Program-made: the position numbers and the translations under genes
Assembly (NCBI GenBank): GCA_000708835.1
Contig: DF236991.1
Location: 124,001 to 188,000 of the forward strand
DNA: 64,000 bases
Reading direction: 5' to 3'
Source: Klebsormidium nitens
Taxonomy: Eukaryota > Plantae > Klebsormidiophyceae
Shown: positions 36,201-47,496 of the stretch, piece after piece
How positions within the stretch are numbered: position 1 is the first letter of the stretch
Layout of the letters: each line of letters begins with the position of its first letter
Notes under the pieces: model-generated
Databases searched by the model: none
What the model saw: the letters and a program-made list of their open reading frames with translations, nothing else
Told to the model about the DNA's origin: nothing

Positions 36201-39200
36201 CAACCAAACAACGGACGGAGCAATCGAACCTCAAGAAGAGTCTAGAGCAACCGCTAAAATGTCTTGAGTTTTCGGGTCTAAAAGATTGATAGCACGGGGG
36301 GGTCTTGATTAGAAACGCAACAAACACACCTCGAAACATGCAAAATCCACAACTGCGACCATATAATATGACGCACCAGGAATTGCCTTTAAATTTTAGG
36401 CACGAGATCGTTCGCAGATGATACAAACACCGTGTCCGTCGCTGACTTCAAGTCGATAACTTACCCCCGAAACCGACAGCCGCTAGCGGGCCCGAATAGC
36501 CTTGCGCCGTAGCAATCACTTCTGGAAATTGACCGTTCACGAGCCTGCAAAAAGTTTTTACCGCAGCTTTGCTTTGCTTCCGCGTCTAGTAGACGCGGTT
36601 AATCGTTCGTCGATCATTTAGCATTCGTTTCATTGGCATGAGCGAGGGTTCTTTTTGTAAGAACGTTCCACAAGCGATACCCTGTGACAACTTCTTGCTC
36701 TTTGGAACGCACAAGGAACGCGACGTGTGTACAGTCTGGATAGATTTTACTTTGCAGGGTACCAGCGGGTTGAGCTGTGCCATGCTGGGAAGAATGGCTT
36801 CCCAGGAAACTCAGCCGCTTTTCTGTCGAAGAGTATTCTGATTGCAAAGACTGACACGAAGTCGAACACGTGTCGTTCAACCTGGAGCAGATCAATCAAG
36901 TGCCTAATGCAAGAGGACGAGAAGCTTTCGTAGAATCGACTCAGCGTCCTCCAATCGAGGTACGTGTAATTTGACAAAACTTTTCGATGAAAGAAGGAAA
37001 ATCTGAGGCATAAGGAGACGAGTACCAAAGACCGTCTGGGAGACTGTCTTTCCATGCACGTCACACAGTGCAAAATTTCACAAAGGTACGAGAACAGATA
37101 TTCAGAAGGATGAACGGGGAAGAAGCAGCGCGAGTCGCTTCTTCGATCTCCTTTCAGATCATCAGATGTGCAGGAACGGTACATAGCCCTTGAGCTGACT
37201 GACAGTTGAGCTGCTTTTCCGACTGCCCTCGTAATTGGGCGACTGCAAAGTCCGTGGTTCTATTGCAAACCTCAGATTAAGCAGAGGACCTCTGAAGCCA
37301 TAAGACCTTAACATCCTCAACTTTCAAAACGATAGAGCAAATAACAACTTACGGAAGGGAGCACGTCCGTCCAGCAAATTCTTGGGGGCATGAGCAGCCA
37401 AAGTCGACAATGGTTCCGTTCGGGTCGTCCCAGGGCGGAGCCGACAACGTCTCCCGCTGCGGGAAGCATGTGCCTCCGTTCTGGCAAGGGTTGGGGTTGC
37501 ACACGTCATTACCTGAGGACGAGAAAAGCAGACGTTACTATAGCCAAACGAGATTTGTTTCTTTGGAGGCACGACGTGCTTCCATTCTGGCAAGGGTTGG
37601 GGTTGCAATCGTCAATACCTGAAAACAGATTCATCATGGCAAGCGAGATTCTAGCTTTGACAGCACGTGCTCCACTGTTGCAAAGGTGCACACGTCACGA
37701 CCTAAACAAGGAAATCCAGGCTTTAGAATTTTCTATTGTCCATCTCTTTTCTCGCGGGTGCATCCATCTCGGCAAGGGATGCGTCGCAGACCTCACAACT
37801 TTTACTCGGAGAAGCAGGTCTTGAAGGATCCCAGAAAAAACAGCCTGCAAATGTTGCAGCAACGGAGCATCTTGGGAGTTTAAAGACAGAAGACCTTTGA
37901 TTATTTTGCCCCCTCCAGCCTTTTGGCTCTAGTATCAAGGACAGGATTCGACGTTTCGTGTGAGCTCAGACTGCTATTGTAGGCAACTCAAGAGAGTTGC
38001 CAACTTCGGAGGTGCATCATGTATGTAAGAATAACACAGATGGTGGAATAGTTGGCATGCAACGAAGATGCTCGACAGGACGACTTGAACAAGGTCGCTG
38101 TTCGTGCTGGCCCTTCTTGGGGGGAACAAGAAGCTCTGCAAAACAAGTTCCTGGGTACAATCTCCAAAACCCCAGGTCTTCGGGTCAAAACCGATCGAGC
38201 TGAACGTCCTCAGCGAAACTTGACCAAGACTTTCCAAGACAAAAGTTGGGTTATTTTCTCTTTCTTTTGCGCTCTCTGCAGCTTGCCATTGCCATTGCCA
38301 TTGCAGCTAATCGCGTTAACTGCGTCAGCTTTTCAAGATGAGTTTTGACATGATTGGGTTCGTGGTGAAAAGCTGACAGTAGGTGACTGACTTTAGTCCC
38401 TGGTACCAGCTTCTGTTCGACCAAATCAGCTTTTACTCTGAGAAAGTATACTTCTGGAAGCCGCATAGGTGGTTCAAGCGCTTCTAGCTTCTGTGACACG
38501 ACCCATCCTATTGTTGCCTGGTCGATTGAATTGAAAGAGGAAGGTAAAACATGGTTCACAGTTACGTCTACGCATTCTGGTTTCTGCTTGCATCTACAAA
38601 CAGGAGGTTTTAGCTGCTTCCCAGGCCGTTTGCTGTTGGACCGTGTCCTATGGCTCTAACCTTCAAGGCTGGTACCGGTTAAGTCCAGTTGTTGAACATA
38701 TAACCACTTTCTAACCACCCCATAACCAGACTATGACCAGCCCTGATTATATAACCACTTTCTAACCAGCTTATAACCAGCCATGGTTAAGTGCCAAAAA
38801 ATTCCTGAGACTTCAGAGCATGATGACGGGCCTTACCTGGGATGTAGCAACTGGTGCGGTACGTGTAGTAGCCCTGCACGAGGCCCTGTACATATGGGGG
38901 CTTGCACTGACAGGAACGCTCGTAGAAATTCCCAAACGGCGAACTTGAGGACTTCTCACTACATGTGTTGCCTGCAAGGGCGCCGAAGGGGATGCGTCAG
39001 AATTATATGAGCACCCTTAACAGTTTTTCCGGTCAGCGATCAGGCTTTGGGATACGCGGTTTGTAAGTGTGAGGGCAGTCTATGCTTGATGACAAGAGGC
39101 AGGCAGGAATGAAGCACATGCTTCCTTTTTGAGGGAGAGCTTGAACGTTCGGGCCAAACAGCCAAACTGTCTTTGTGGATGGCAATGCAGGTCGCAATTT

Positions 39201-40081
39201 GCTCATGGGATGCCAGACCTAAAAACAACCGGTGGGAAAAACTTTTGTTCCAGGCAAGTTGATGCATTCAGCTGAGAACCTCTGACTCTGTCCTCTTGGT
39301 GTTGGGTTCGCAGCTTGGAGAATATTCAGCAGGCTAACTATCAGTAACTCCTGATCAGCTTCAGCTTAGGCTGAAGATACCAGAGTCTGGTCCAAGCACA
39401 GGTCCGCTTCAGCTTGCCAAGCGTGCTGGATTTTCGATAATAGTCAGCAATCCGCCTTTTGCAGCGGTGTGGCAGCTTCAAAGCGATGTAGTGGGCAGCA
39501 ATGCAAAGCCAGCGAAGCCGAAAATGTCTTTTAAGTCTGTGATTGTAAGTAAGCTCAGGGTATGCATGTTTGAGTGTGTTTTGCTGAGGAGAAAGGCGAC
39601 TCCGACACCTTTCAGAGCGCCGACACAAATCCGGGGATACATTCGAGGGCCCCCGCGTCAAAAATAACATAATAAACATAATAAACAGCGTCTGTACAGA
39701 CAATTGAAGGGTCTGAATCCAGTAGACTTATTTCGGAGAGGTAATTGAGCCGTTGATATCAAGCATTTGAGATTCCACGTTGGCAGGTGGCCTCCAATTC
39801 CAGACACAAGACCAGGCAGGTCTCAAAAGGGGTTCCAAATCAGACGTCCAATTACAGCACCTCAACGGGATATATCACTCACCAGGACCGCAACCGACGG
39901 CATCATTGTAGCATACGTCTTCAGTGCATGCATGGTAGGTGTCTCCTCTGAAGGTGCTGATTGGCGCAAAGGCAGGGGGACATGAGTACCCAGGATACGG
40001 ATTGAAACCTGATTGGCTCAATGCTAGCGAGGGGTAGAGGCAGAGCAATGCTAAAAGGAGGGCACGGTTAGTAGGCGCCAT
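30226..40081 (-). CDS. Secreted modular protein: signal peptide, two EGF-like modules, four or more 6-Cys repeat modules with Pro-rich linkers
   Basis: Exons: 40081-39883 (MAPTNRALLLALLCLYPSLALSQ... signal peptide), 38971-38837, 37512-37353 (CNPNPCQNGGTC...CSCPQEFAGRTC), 35873-35703, 35081-35016 (Pro linker), 33974-33741, 32306-32073, 31162-30935 (GC donor) and 30395-30226 (stop). All junctions are phase 1 except the 37353 donor (phase 2), so one exon is unlocated or the locus is two transcription units. Confidence 0.78.
31250..31690 (-). repeat. Three decoy copies of acceptor + first half of exon 31162
   Basis: Pseudo-exon starts at 31337, 31508 and 31678 (spacing 175/171/170 bp). Each encodes a CGSGAAGAFPTRC...YVCC-like half-module and then returns to intron sequence. 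Confidence 0.92.
32377..32850 (-). repeat. Four more decayed acceptor/half-exon copies upstream of exon 32306
   Basis: Pseudo-starts at 32451, 32618, 32733 and 32832, sharing a CCTRCACGTAG(G/A)AACGG-like context on the plus strand. Confidence 0.82.
34038..34395 (-). repeat. Three decoy copies of acceptor + start of exon 33974
   Basis: Pseudo-starts at 34111, 34250 (AG mutated to AA) and 34386, spaced 137/139/136 bp. Each encodes an ASPYPIRCYFNNDP-like stretch. Confidence 0.92.
37560..37632 (-). repeat. Single decoy copy of the EGF exon acceptor and start
   Basis: TTTTCAG|GTATTGACGATTGCAACCCCAACCCTTGCCAGAATGGA lies about 107 bp upstream of CTCAG|GTAATGACGTGTGCAACCCCAACCCTTGCCAGAACGGA. Confidence 0.92.
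38697..38782. repeat. Intronic imperfect TAACCA-rich repeat (ATAACCACTTTCTAACCA x2, about 51 bp apart)
   Basis: Read directly from the sequence. Confidence 0.75.
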
Positions 40082-40097
40082 TGTGAACTTGACACTG

Positions 40098-40601
40098 TTA
40101 GAAACAAGACTGGAATCCTGGCCTGCTTAGTAATCCATGAGGCTGCTGCTCTTGGGTGCCAAAGCTGATGCGGTCATCGGACGCTGCAAATATGTACACC
40201 GATGAGTTCCTTCGTTGTTGTTCCAGAAAGGCGCCCTCTGTATATACGTCAGCTAAGAGCTTGGTTTGCCTGAGCTGAGCTGAGCTTCTAGCGTTCGCAC
40301 AAAGAGTCAAAATGCAAGGGGCCTTCAATGTCTCCAAAGTCGCTCTCGGACTGGACTTCGAGTGCTCAAGAGAACTGCTACCATAGCTAGGATATAGGAC
40401 TAGCTCAACTTCTGCATTATGCACGCTTAATAGGTCACCGCCCTTCAAACATCGAATCAGAAGGTGCAACGTGATTGTGACGGTGATCCCTGCGTCGCCG
40501 GCCGCCGCCGCAAGTGGGCCGACTTCTCGGATTAAAGCATTGCGCAACGTCATAAACCCAAGTATTACCTTGTTAGCGAAAGGTTTACGTGCACGTTCCA
40601 T
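40098..40601 (-). CDS. 167-codon ORF ending 16 nt before the secreted-protein ATG; possible upstream ORF
   Basis: The ORF track shows a protein-like middle (ALIREVGPLAAAAGDAGITVTITLHLL). No family recognised. Confidence 0.25.
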   Translation of the reverse strand: MERARKPFANKVILGFMTLRNALIREVGPLAAAAGDAGITVTITLHLLIRCLKGGDLLSVHNAEVELVLYPSYGSSSLEHSKSSPRATLETLKAPCILTLCANARSSAQLRQTKLLADVYTEGAFLEQQRRNSSVYIFAASDDRISFGTQEQQPHGLLSRPGFQSCF

Positions 40602-40769
40602 ACCGAGCCTTTAACTACACATTTTAAAAGTGGGACATCATCGAAGACTAGACTTTAGAGAACATCAAACCAAACGCCGCCCGTCCAAGCAGATTCCCCA
40701 TGAAGCTACGGTAACCCTGTAGCTAACGCGGTAAGGCTTCGACGTTCGGTTCACGTAGGCAGAAGGCGC

Positions 40770-41260
40770 CGGCAGTTACGCTCCCGGCAGATTCTGTATG
40801 ACGGAAACAGCCTTGCGGCGCGCGGGCGGCGCGCCGGGCAGGAAGGCGGCCGCCCGCGCCGGGCGGCCACTGGGCGGCGGCCGCGCCGCGCCGGGCCAAC
40901 GACTGTGGCCATCATTGCCGTGACCGGGCCCGGACTAATTGAGTGATGCAACTTGAAGGCAATAACGCGGCTGCCGCAGTGCTAGCCGCGGCCGGCAATA
41001 GGTAATGCAGTTCAAATTTCATAGCTAGCCTCAGAGTCATGCAAGTTATTTGCAATGATGCTTGCATATATTGTAGACATCTTCATGAAACAAATGCACG
41101 TCGGAAGTTACAACCTGGTCATGTTGAGTTCGTATATGCAAGATGGGACGGTATTTGATACTTCGAATAGGCAAGCATGACGCCCTCATGACCCGGACAC
41201 ATTACAAGTATCATCAACCATGTAATATTACCATGGGCCCGGCTGCACATATGTCATAAA
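40770..41260. other. Intergenic GC-rich island followed by a CATG/TGCA-rich AT segment
   Basis: Tract GCGGCGCGCGGGCGGCGCGCCGGGC...GGGCCCGG at 40815-40935. GGGCCCGGCTGCACATAT at about 41236 resembles GCCCGGGGGCTGCACCTAT at about 29903. Confidence 0.45.
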
Positions 41261-41406
41261 GAAGAAACTTTTCGACCTAGCGAGTGATTGCGGTTGACGA
41301 AAAACTGAGCGGCTGCTCAACAAAAACCGAAATGATTGCTACCTTCCACAGTCAATGGTATGACGGGCGTTGACCATGCACCTCCCTTATGAAATGTATG
41401 GCCCAC

Positions 41407-44400
41407 TTATGCAACCTTTTCGAAGATTTGGGACCCTTCGGTTTGCGGTTGAGCTAGACGATGTGCACCTCCCCTGCTTGGCGAGGTGGTTGCTACACCT
41501 TGCTGCTCTCCTACACCTCGAGCTCCGTCTTTGTTTACAACCCCTACGCGCGCTGGCCTTTGTGACAAACCCTCCGTACCAACACTAGGCGAAGAGCTCG
41601 AGACCCTCTTCGATATAGCCGAATCCGTAGCAGCGGCCCCTAGACGCGGCCCAGATCCGGTACCTAAACTTCCGCCTTCCGAAGGCTTCCGGAAGCCCCC
41701 CCCGGCTCCATCCCCCCCTTTCAACCCTCCTTCTTGCCCCACAGTGCCACGTGGCGCCTCCTCTTGCGTCCCCCCCGCCTTCCGTGGTTCTGCAACGACG
41801 TCACGCTGACGTCTATGGTGGAAAGGCCACCCGGGGTTTGGCCGCCGTACCAAGAGGTGGGGCGGGGGGCGAGCCGGCCGATGGACTGTTTCCGTTTCTA
41901 TGCTAGGTTTCGATTCAGCGAACTGCGGCTGGGCTTGGCGAGCGGCTTGCAAATCTTCAAAGGACTTCTGCATCTCACAACCAGACAATCGTCAGGAGTA
42001 CGTAGGATGGAGCGACCGCAATGAGTCTTCTGGCACCACCTGCTGAGCCCAATACTAGGATAGGCTGAGTAAGAACTCGGTGCAGCATCTCGATTCTCCA
42101 GCTTGGTCTGATGGATGTGCGGAAAGGATAAGAGTCTTAACGAACAGACGAGCACAACCACGCTCGAACGGATACACGCAGAAAAGGGGACAGGGGACAT
42201 TTTACAATCCAATGCACCGGCCGTGTCATCCGACACTGGTCAGAAAAAATTGGCTGAAAACAGACCGACACCTTCAGACCTCAGCAGCTCAAGTGAGACA
42301 AGCCCCAGCATTTGGCTACTCCTGGACACAAGACATGACGCTAGAAACCAATCGTCGGGCTCGTCGACCCTTTGAATCGACCAGAATACTCTTTCAGCAT
42401 CTCGACCGAAAATTCTCCATCAGTCGGAGAGCATCAAACCTGCCCGAGGTCGCAGCAGTCAACCAATCCGCAAACATCAGATGGCGCCAAAGATGAAGCG
42501 AAGCTTTCGCAGTGTGCTTTGATAAGTGGGAACGACAGACAGTCATTAGCATGACGAGGAAACTGCTCCAGACGCCGACCCATCAAGGCCCACAATCTCC
42601 TTGACAGACTCTTACATGGAAGAAAAAGTTTCTTCAAAAAACCCCCGTTATGGCAAAATGCGAGACCCTGAAGCACGAAGACAGACAAGTGGGCTAGCAC
42701 GGCACGAAGTAGAGTAAACGCTCGTCTCCTCGTTGCAGAGTGAGGCTGCGGGTATCTTCCGACTTACCCCGGCGTTGTGGCGCCTCCACATCGACTCCCC
42801 GGCTTGGTCAATGAAGAGAAAGGCGCCCAGTCCAAGCCTGTACAGCAAAGGAACTTGCTGTCAAATCGGTGGACGGGAAGATGGTCATGGGGATTCTTGT
42901 GTATACGTGCACTTCTGGAAACTCCAATCTGTGGTTGGTAAATTCGATTTCTGGAGTCAACATCGATAACGGTAACCTGAAAACATACGCCTTGTCCGAC
43001 ACTGTTCTCTTTTCACTACACTCGAAGACTACAGCAAACGAAGTCAGAAAAGTGTTACCTCGGCCTCCGCACTTGCAATGGAGCTGGAGTAAGACTTGCA
43101 ATCACTATGTCGCACAAAAGAGCACCCGCAAGACCCGACCCTCATTTGGAACCCGCTCACGTAATCAGCAGAGGGAAGCGCAGTTGGTGCACCCTCGCAG
43201 CATACTCTGTGGATGCTGTCCTTCAACTCATGTCGCTCTACGTTTTAAAAATGCATTTTTGGCATTCCAAGTTTGTCAACGCAGGTAATGATAGGCCACT
43301 CAATAAAGAAGGGCACCAAAAAGCAAAGGCGCCAACAATTCTAGGTGCGCCAGCATAATCAAGTGCGCCACTCACAGCGTTATGAACGTCTGTATTCTGG
43401 CCAGCTTGAAGTAGAACCTCAACCGGGCTGCAGCCTCTTCCGGTGACATCTCTCTGAATCAAGAGCAGAGGAGACGGAAACGGAATCAGAAAAAAGTTGG
43501 AAGGATCTCGAAAGTGAAGAAGACTCGTTGCTTACAGCGCGATCGAGGCATGGAAGATGTAGTCCGTCCGACCGAAGCCCCGGAGGGGGGCACGCCACCA
43601 TGTGTCGAATCCCCTGTGGAAAACGCGGGAAACAGGAGATAAGCTATCTGGTTGTCTTAACCTACACGGTTGACATGAGCTGTCCGCCTCCGACAAACTG
43701 TCCGCTTAGAGTAGAGCAACATTATGGCGTTTGTGTCAAGGGAGCGGATGATATAGGAGCTCCCTGCTAATGATAAGCAGTCTGCCTGATGGACCGAAGC
43801 TGTGTGCTTGAGAATGGCGACCATGAAATCGATGGCACAATTCGGAGGGACGTGCTAAAAGCACCGACAGTGGGGAACTCAAATGTAAAGAGCCAAGACT
43901 CGCCAGGCGCTGAGCCTGCTAAAGCAGGCGAACAAGAAGGCGAACACGAGGAAGGACGAGACCAAGCGGGCTAGCAAAAACGACTCTGGCTATTTGACTG
44001 CTTTGGTTGCGAGCCCTGTTAAACGTTCAAAATAGATTACAACTCTTTTCTGAACTCGCATATGAGACACAGTGAAAGCCTTTTGCGGAGACAAAAGCAC
44101 GTCGGCAGACAACAAAAGTCTCGTCTCCGAATCCATTTCGACTGGTCAGACAATATTTGCTCCGTTGCTGCCAATAATCTAGAGCACCCGAATTCCTAAA
44201 AGACTACTATCAAAGCTCGATCATAGTGAATAGAAGAACCTTAGAGACAAAGCTTTAAAACATACTGGTGTGCGATGCCAGTTTTGATGTGAACCGCAAT
44301 CCTTGGAACCATTTTGTCCAATTATTTCAGGCGCAGGCATGCATGCCAAACCACGTTGTTGCCAACTCCGGAAGAAGCCATATTGAGGCGAGTAGAAGAG

Positions 44401-46471
44401 CAGGGAGACCCCGGTTGGTGAATAGACCAGTTTGGAAGGGCTCGCAAGCCAAACAGATGCTGGACAGGTGCAACGACTTTCACAGTCGTACTATCAGCAT
44501 GATTCACCTGGTGAAACCGAGGACCTCGGCAATTTGCACTTCTCACCTTGTCCGAAAAGACTGGTCGTACTGATATCCCGTGTACTGACTCCGGTGCGCC
44601 CCTCGGTATCTAGCGTACTGTTGGTATCCGGGTGCGCCCCCATAATGCAGCCCCGCCCGGCCCTCTCTATTGTACACCGCCCTCTTGGCGTCTGCACTCA
44701 AGAAGTCGGAGGAGAATATATAACCGCTTGGCTTTTCAAACGAGCTGAAGATCCAGGATTACCCTGGGCCGACCGAGCATTTGCAATGTGCACCTTGTCT
44801 CTTGAAGATAGGCACCCAATTCTGAGGAGACAGAATCGGACGTACTAACACAACTTAAACAGCTGATAATCTTCGAAACTCCAATCAGGAAGAGCGGGAC
44901 TCCTTTCTCAAGCGGCTTCCTCAACCTTAAACAGATTAGAAGGTACGAAATGATAGGGGCAGGAAGCAAGTCGACATCCTCTCGATCAACATAAATTCTC
45001 TCAACAATGGTCTACTCCCAAACGAGGCGGTTTTAGCGGAATGACCTTCCCTGAAGCCACATACATAATGATTTTGACCAGCATGTGTGAATGATCGGAC
45101 CGCTTCCAGTTTGGTAAACAATCCAAACTCGAGTCACTGGACGCGGCAAAATACAACACAAGGTGTGGTACCTAGTCGTTTGCCTCACGTAAGCCTTGCA
45201 ATTTTATGTGGTCATAACTTTTGTGTGCCAGCATCTTATATATGAGAGTGCGTAATGGTCAGGCAAACTGGATCGGCTCGAAACCGAGTGAAACCTGAAA
45301 AACTTTCACAAACCTTACAACTGTACCTCCATCCCCGAGGTTCCATTTCCAAATAAACGACATGATTGCCCGTAGCACGCAGAACTTCAGATAAGCGCCC
45401 AGACTAAAACATAAAGCTGAGGCTTGACAGCTCACCATTACTCAACACCTGATATGCTTCAGACACCTCCTTGAACTGTGCGCCTGCCTTGTCTTTTACA
45501 GCTGGATCACTCGTAGCATGTCTGCAAAAAGAACCATTGGCCAGGTATCAGGCTGACACTTCATTTCAGGTCTGTGAAGATCATAAAAACTCAGAATACA
45601 CACCAATTGTGACTTTGAAGACAGACAGTGCACCATGACTACCTACTACCTACGCGTGTTCAAGTTACTGTGCAAAACCATGCATAGCCACCCTCATGAA
45701 GATGAGCCACTGGCTACTTTGGTCAGCTTTCTTGGTCAGCTTCTTGACATAAGTACTAGTGTGCGTCAATATCCAGACGCCAAGATAAGTCACACATTGA
45801 TTCCCTTCATCTTATGAAGCAGATGAGCCAAAATCTCCTTTTGCGCACAACGCCCCTCTCACAAAGCAAATCTCCACACCCCGCATGGAAAAGCAGACGG
45901 GTCCACAGACTTTACTAGACTTGTGCCTCAAACCGAAGAACATCACCCTGAACATGGCAACTTAAAGGATCCATTGATTCAAACATCCGGCGCTTGAACC
46001 GCAACGCCTCAACTCAGCCAGAGATCTCACAAGCTTTCAAATGTTCTGCAATCTGAAAAGCACTGGTTCGATCTCCAGGCTTGACCAGCTGATTATGGTA
46101 GATACAATCACAATCGTCCGCGACGCTAGCATCCATTGGCAGTTCCATATTTCCTTCTTCTACACGCTTGACCACAGATTGACCACCGGTCAAAAAGAAC
46201 AGGGCGGAAAGGAGCTTGATACTTCTCCGTTCGAGGCCCGTCAGCACCAATCAGTTTGCTTGCCAATTCTGGAAATTTGGAAACACCATGTGTCAACGAC
46301 AAGCTAAACTTCACCTCGCACAGGAGAGATTGACGCATCTTATGCATGGGGTGGTCGCATAGACCTTGCTCACCTGTCCGGATGGAACTTGAGGGCCAGT
46401 GCTCGGAAGGCTGCTTTGATCTCATCCGCAGTAGCATCCCTCCTGATCCCCAGTGTCCGGTAGTAGTCCAT
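41407..46471 (-). CDS. ATJ72: J-domain protein, DnaJ72-like, with a long low-complexity C-terminal extension
   Basis: Six phase-consistent GT-AG exons: 46471-46374, 45521-45436, 44691-44547, 43613-43536, 42837-42768 and 41967-41407. Translation [34 protein letters not shown]...[19 protein letters not shown] has an intact HPD. The later GFD...[21 protein letters not shown] matches my recollection of the plant dnaJ72 C-terminal motif. Confidence 0.9.
43000..43350 (-). repeat. Highly decayed acceptor/exon-start copies upstream of DnaJ exon 42837
   Basis: TTTGCTGTAG at about 43030 vs true TTTGCTGTACAG. Plus-strand CAATAAAGAAGGGCACC and AAAGGCGCC at about 43301-43333 vs true CAATGAAGAGAAAGGCGCC. 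A weaker copy lies near 43170-43200. Confidence 0.5.
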
Positions 46472-46680
46472 CACTTAACAGTCCCCTCGACAGAGAGGAC
46501 ATTTCTCTGAAGCTGTATCAGACCAGTGCCAATATAATGGCTTTAGAGTTCTAAAGCCTTATAATAATGTTCAGATCAGTGCCACCTTTTGACGGCAGAG
46601 TACTCCCAACTTTGCCACCAGCTGTGTGTTACATTCACAAGATTGGTAGTCGTTTGAAAGCGATTTTAGTGCAGAGCTTC

Positions 46681-47350
46681 TCAGGAGAGTAGCATCAGAG
46701 TTGATGGACGTTGCTTTTTGTATTTGGCACATGGCAGACCAATGTAAACTTGGAGGCGCTGTTCCTGATATAGTCTTGCATGAAACGAGAAACCACGAGC
46801 GTGGTAGTAAAAACATTCCTTACTAGACATGCACGGATTCAACCATTTGAGTTTGTCAGAAACTCCTTTGCTGATTGTTCCGTACAAGCGGTATGACTTG
46901 TGCAATGCTGCCAGCTGCTCCTTGCGCCTCTGCAACCTAACATCAGCATCGGAATGCTGAAGAGCTGCTTGCCAGCCTAATAGTTTGGGACTACTTGGCA
47001 CCAAACGAGGGGGAAAACAATCGAAAGCATGCCACTGGTCCTGCTCAACTGTGCTGAACTTGTCTCTCCAGAGCTGCACTGCCACAAGAAGCTACAGCTA
47101 GACCTTTACACCGGCAAAGCTTAGGCAAACGTGGCATTCTTCCGAGCGTCGATGAAACAATCTTCTCTTTTGACGGCTGATGTGGCTTTCTGCTATTGGA
47201 AGGCTCTGCTTTCTGTGCCGTTCGATATCCTTTCGCAGAAATTGACCGCTTGTTGGTGGCGCTCCCTTTGAAGGAGAAGGAGAAGGCAGAAACTGAGCGA
47301 CTGGAGACTGGAGTTGACAGGGTTGACTGCAAAGGGAAAGGCGGCTTCAT
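46681..47350 (-). CDS. Candidate two-exon ORF (about 205 aa) squeezed between the DnaJ and RING start codons
   Basis: ATG 47350 gives a Ser-rich N-terminus. A phase-1 GT-AG intron 47130-47079 (52 nt) would join it to the 46681-47085 frame (QLWRDKFSTVEQDQWHAFDCFPP...). Confidence 0.35.
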
Positions 47351-47496
47351 TCAGAAGAAGCTCTGACAGGTTCAGAGCAAGGCTCTTCGCAAGACTGTAC
47401 AGAATTGACAGCCAGCTTGTTTGGTAGCGTCGCGAAAGTTGCTGGTTTTGTGAAGGTGTTCGTAGACATACTTTGCGTGTTGTGCCCTTGGTTCCA

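Noticed and set aside
36747-38559. Protein-like ORFs inside introns of the secreted-protein gene (36747-37184, 37974-38237, 38251-38559)
   Set aside because: No motif, splice context or mutual continuity was found, so they cannot be distinguished from chance ORFs without a search.
38697-38782. TAACCA-rich tract as an interstitial telomere
   Set aside because: It does not match CCCTAA(A)-type units and is an imperfect local duplication.
44322-44460. Alternative DnaJ exon after a TCCAG acceptor at about 44460
   Set aside because: Exon 43613-43536 fits phase and the family motif (GFD...) better and has a stronger donor.
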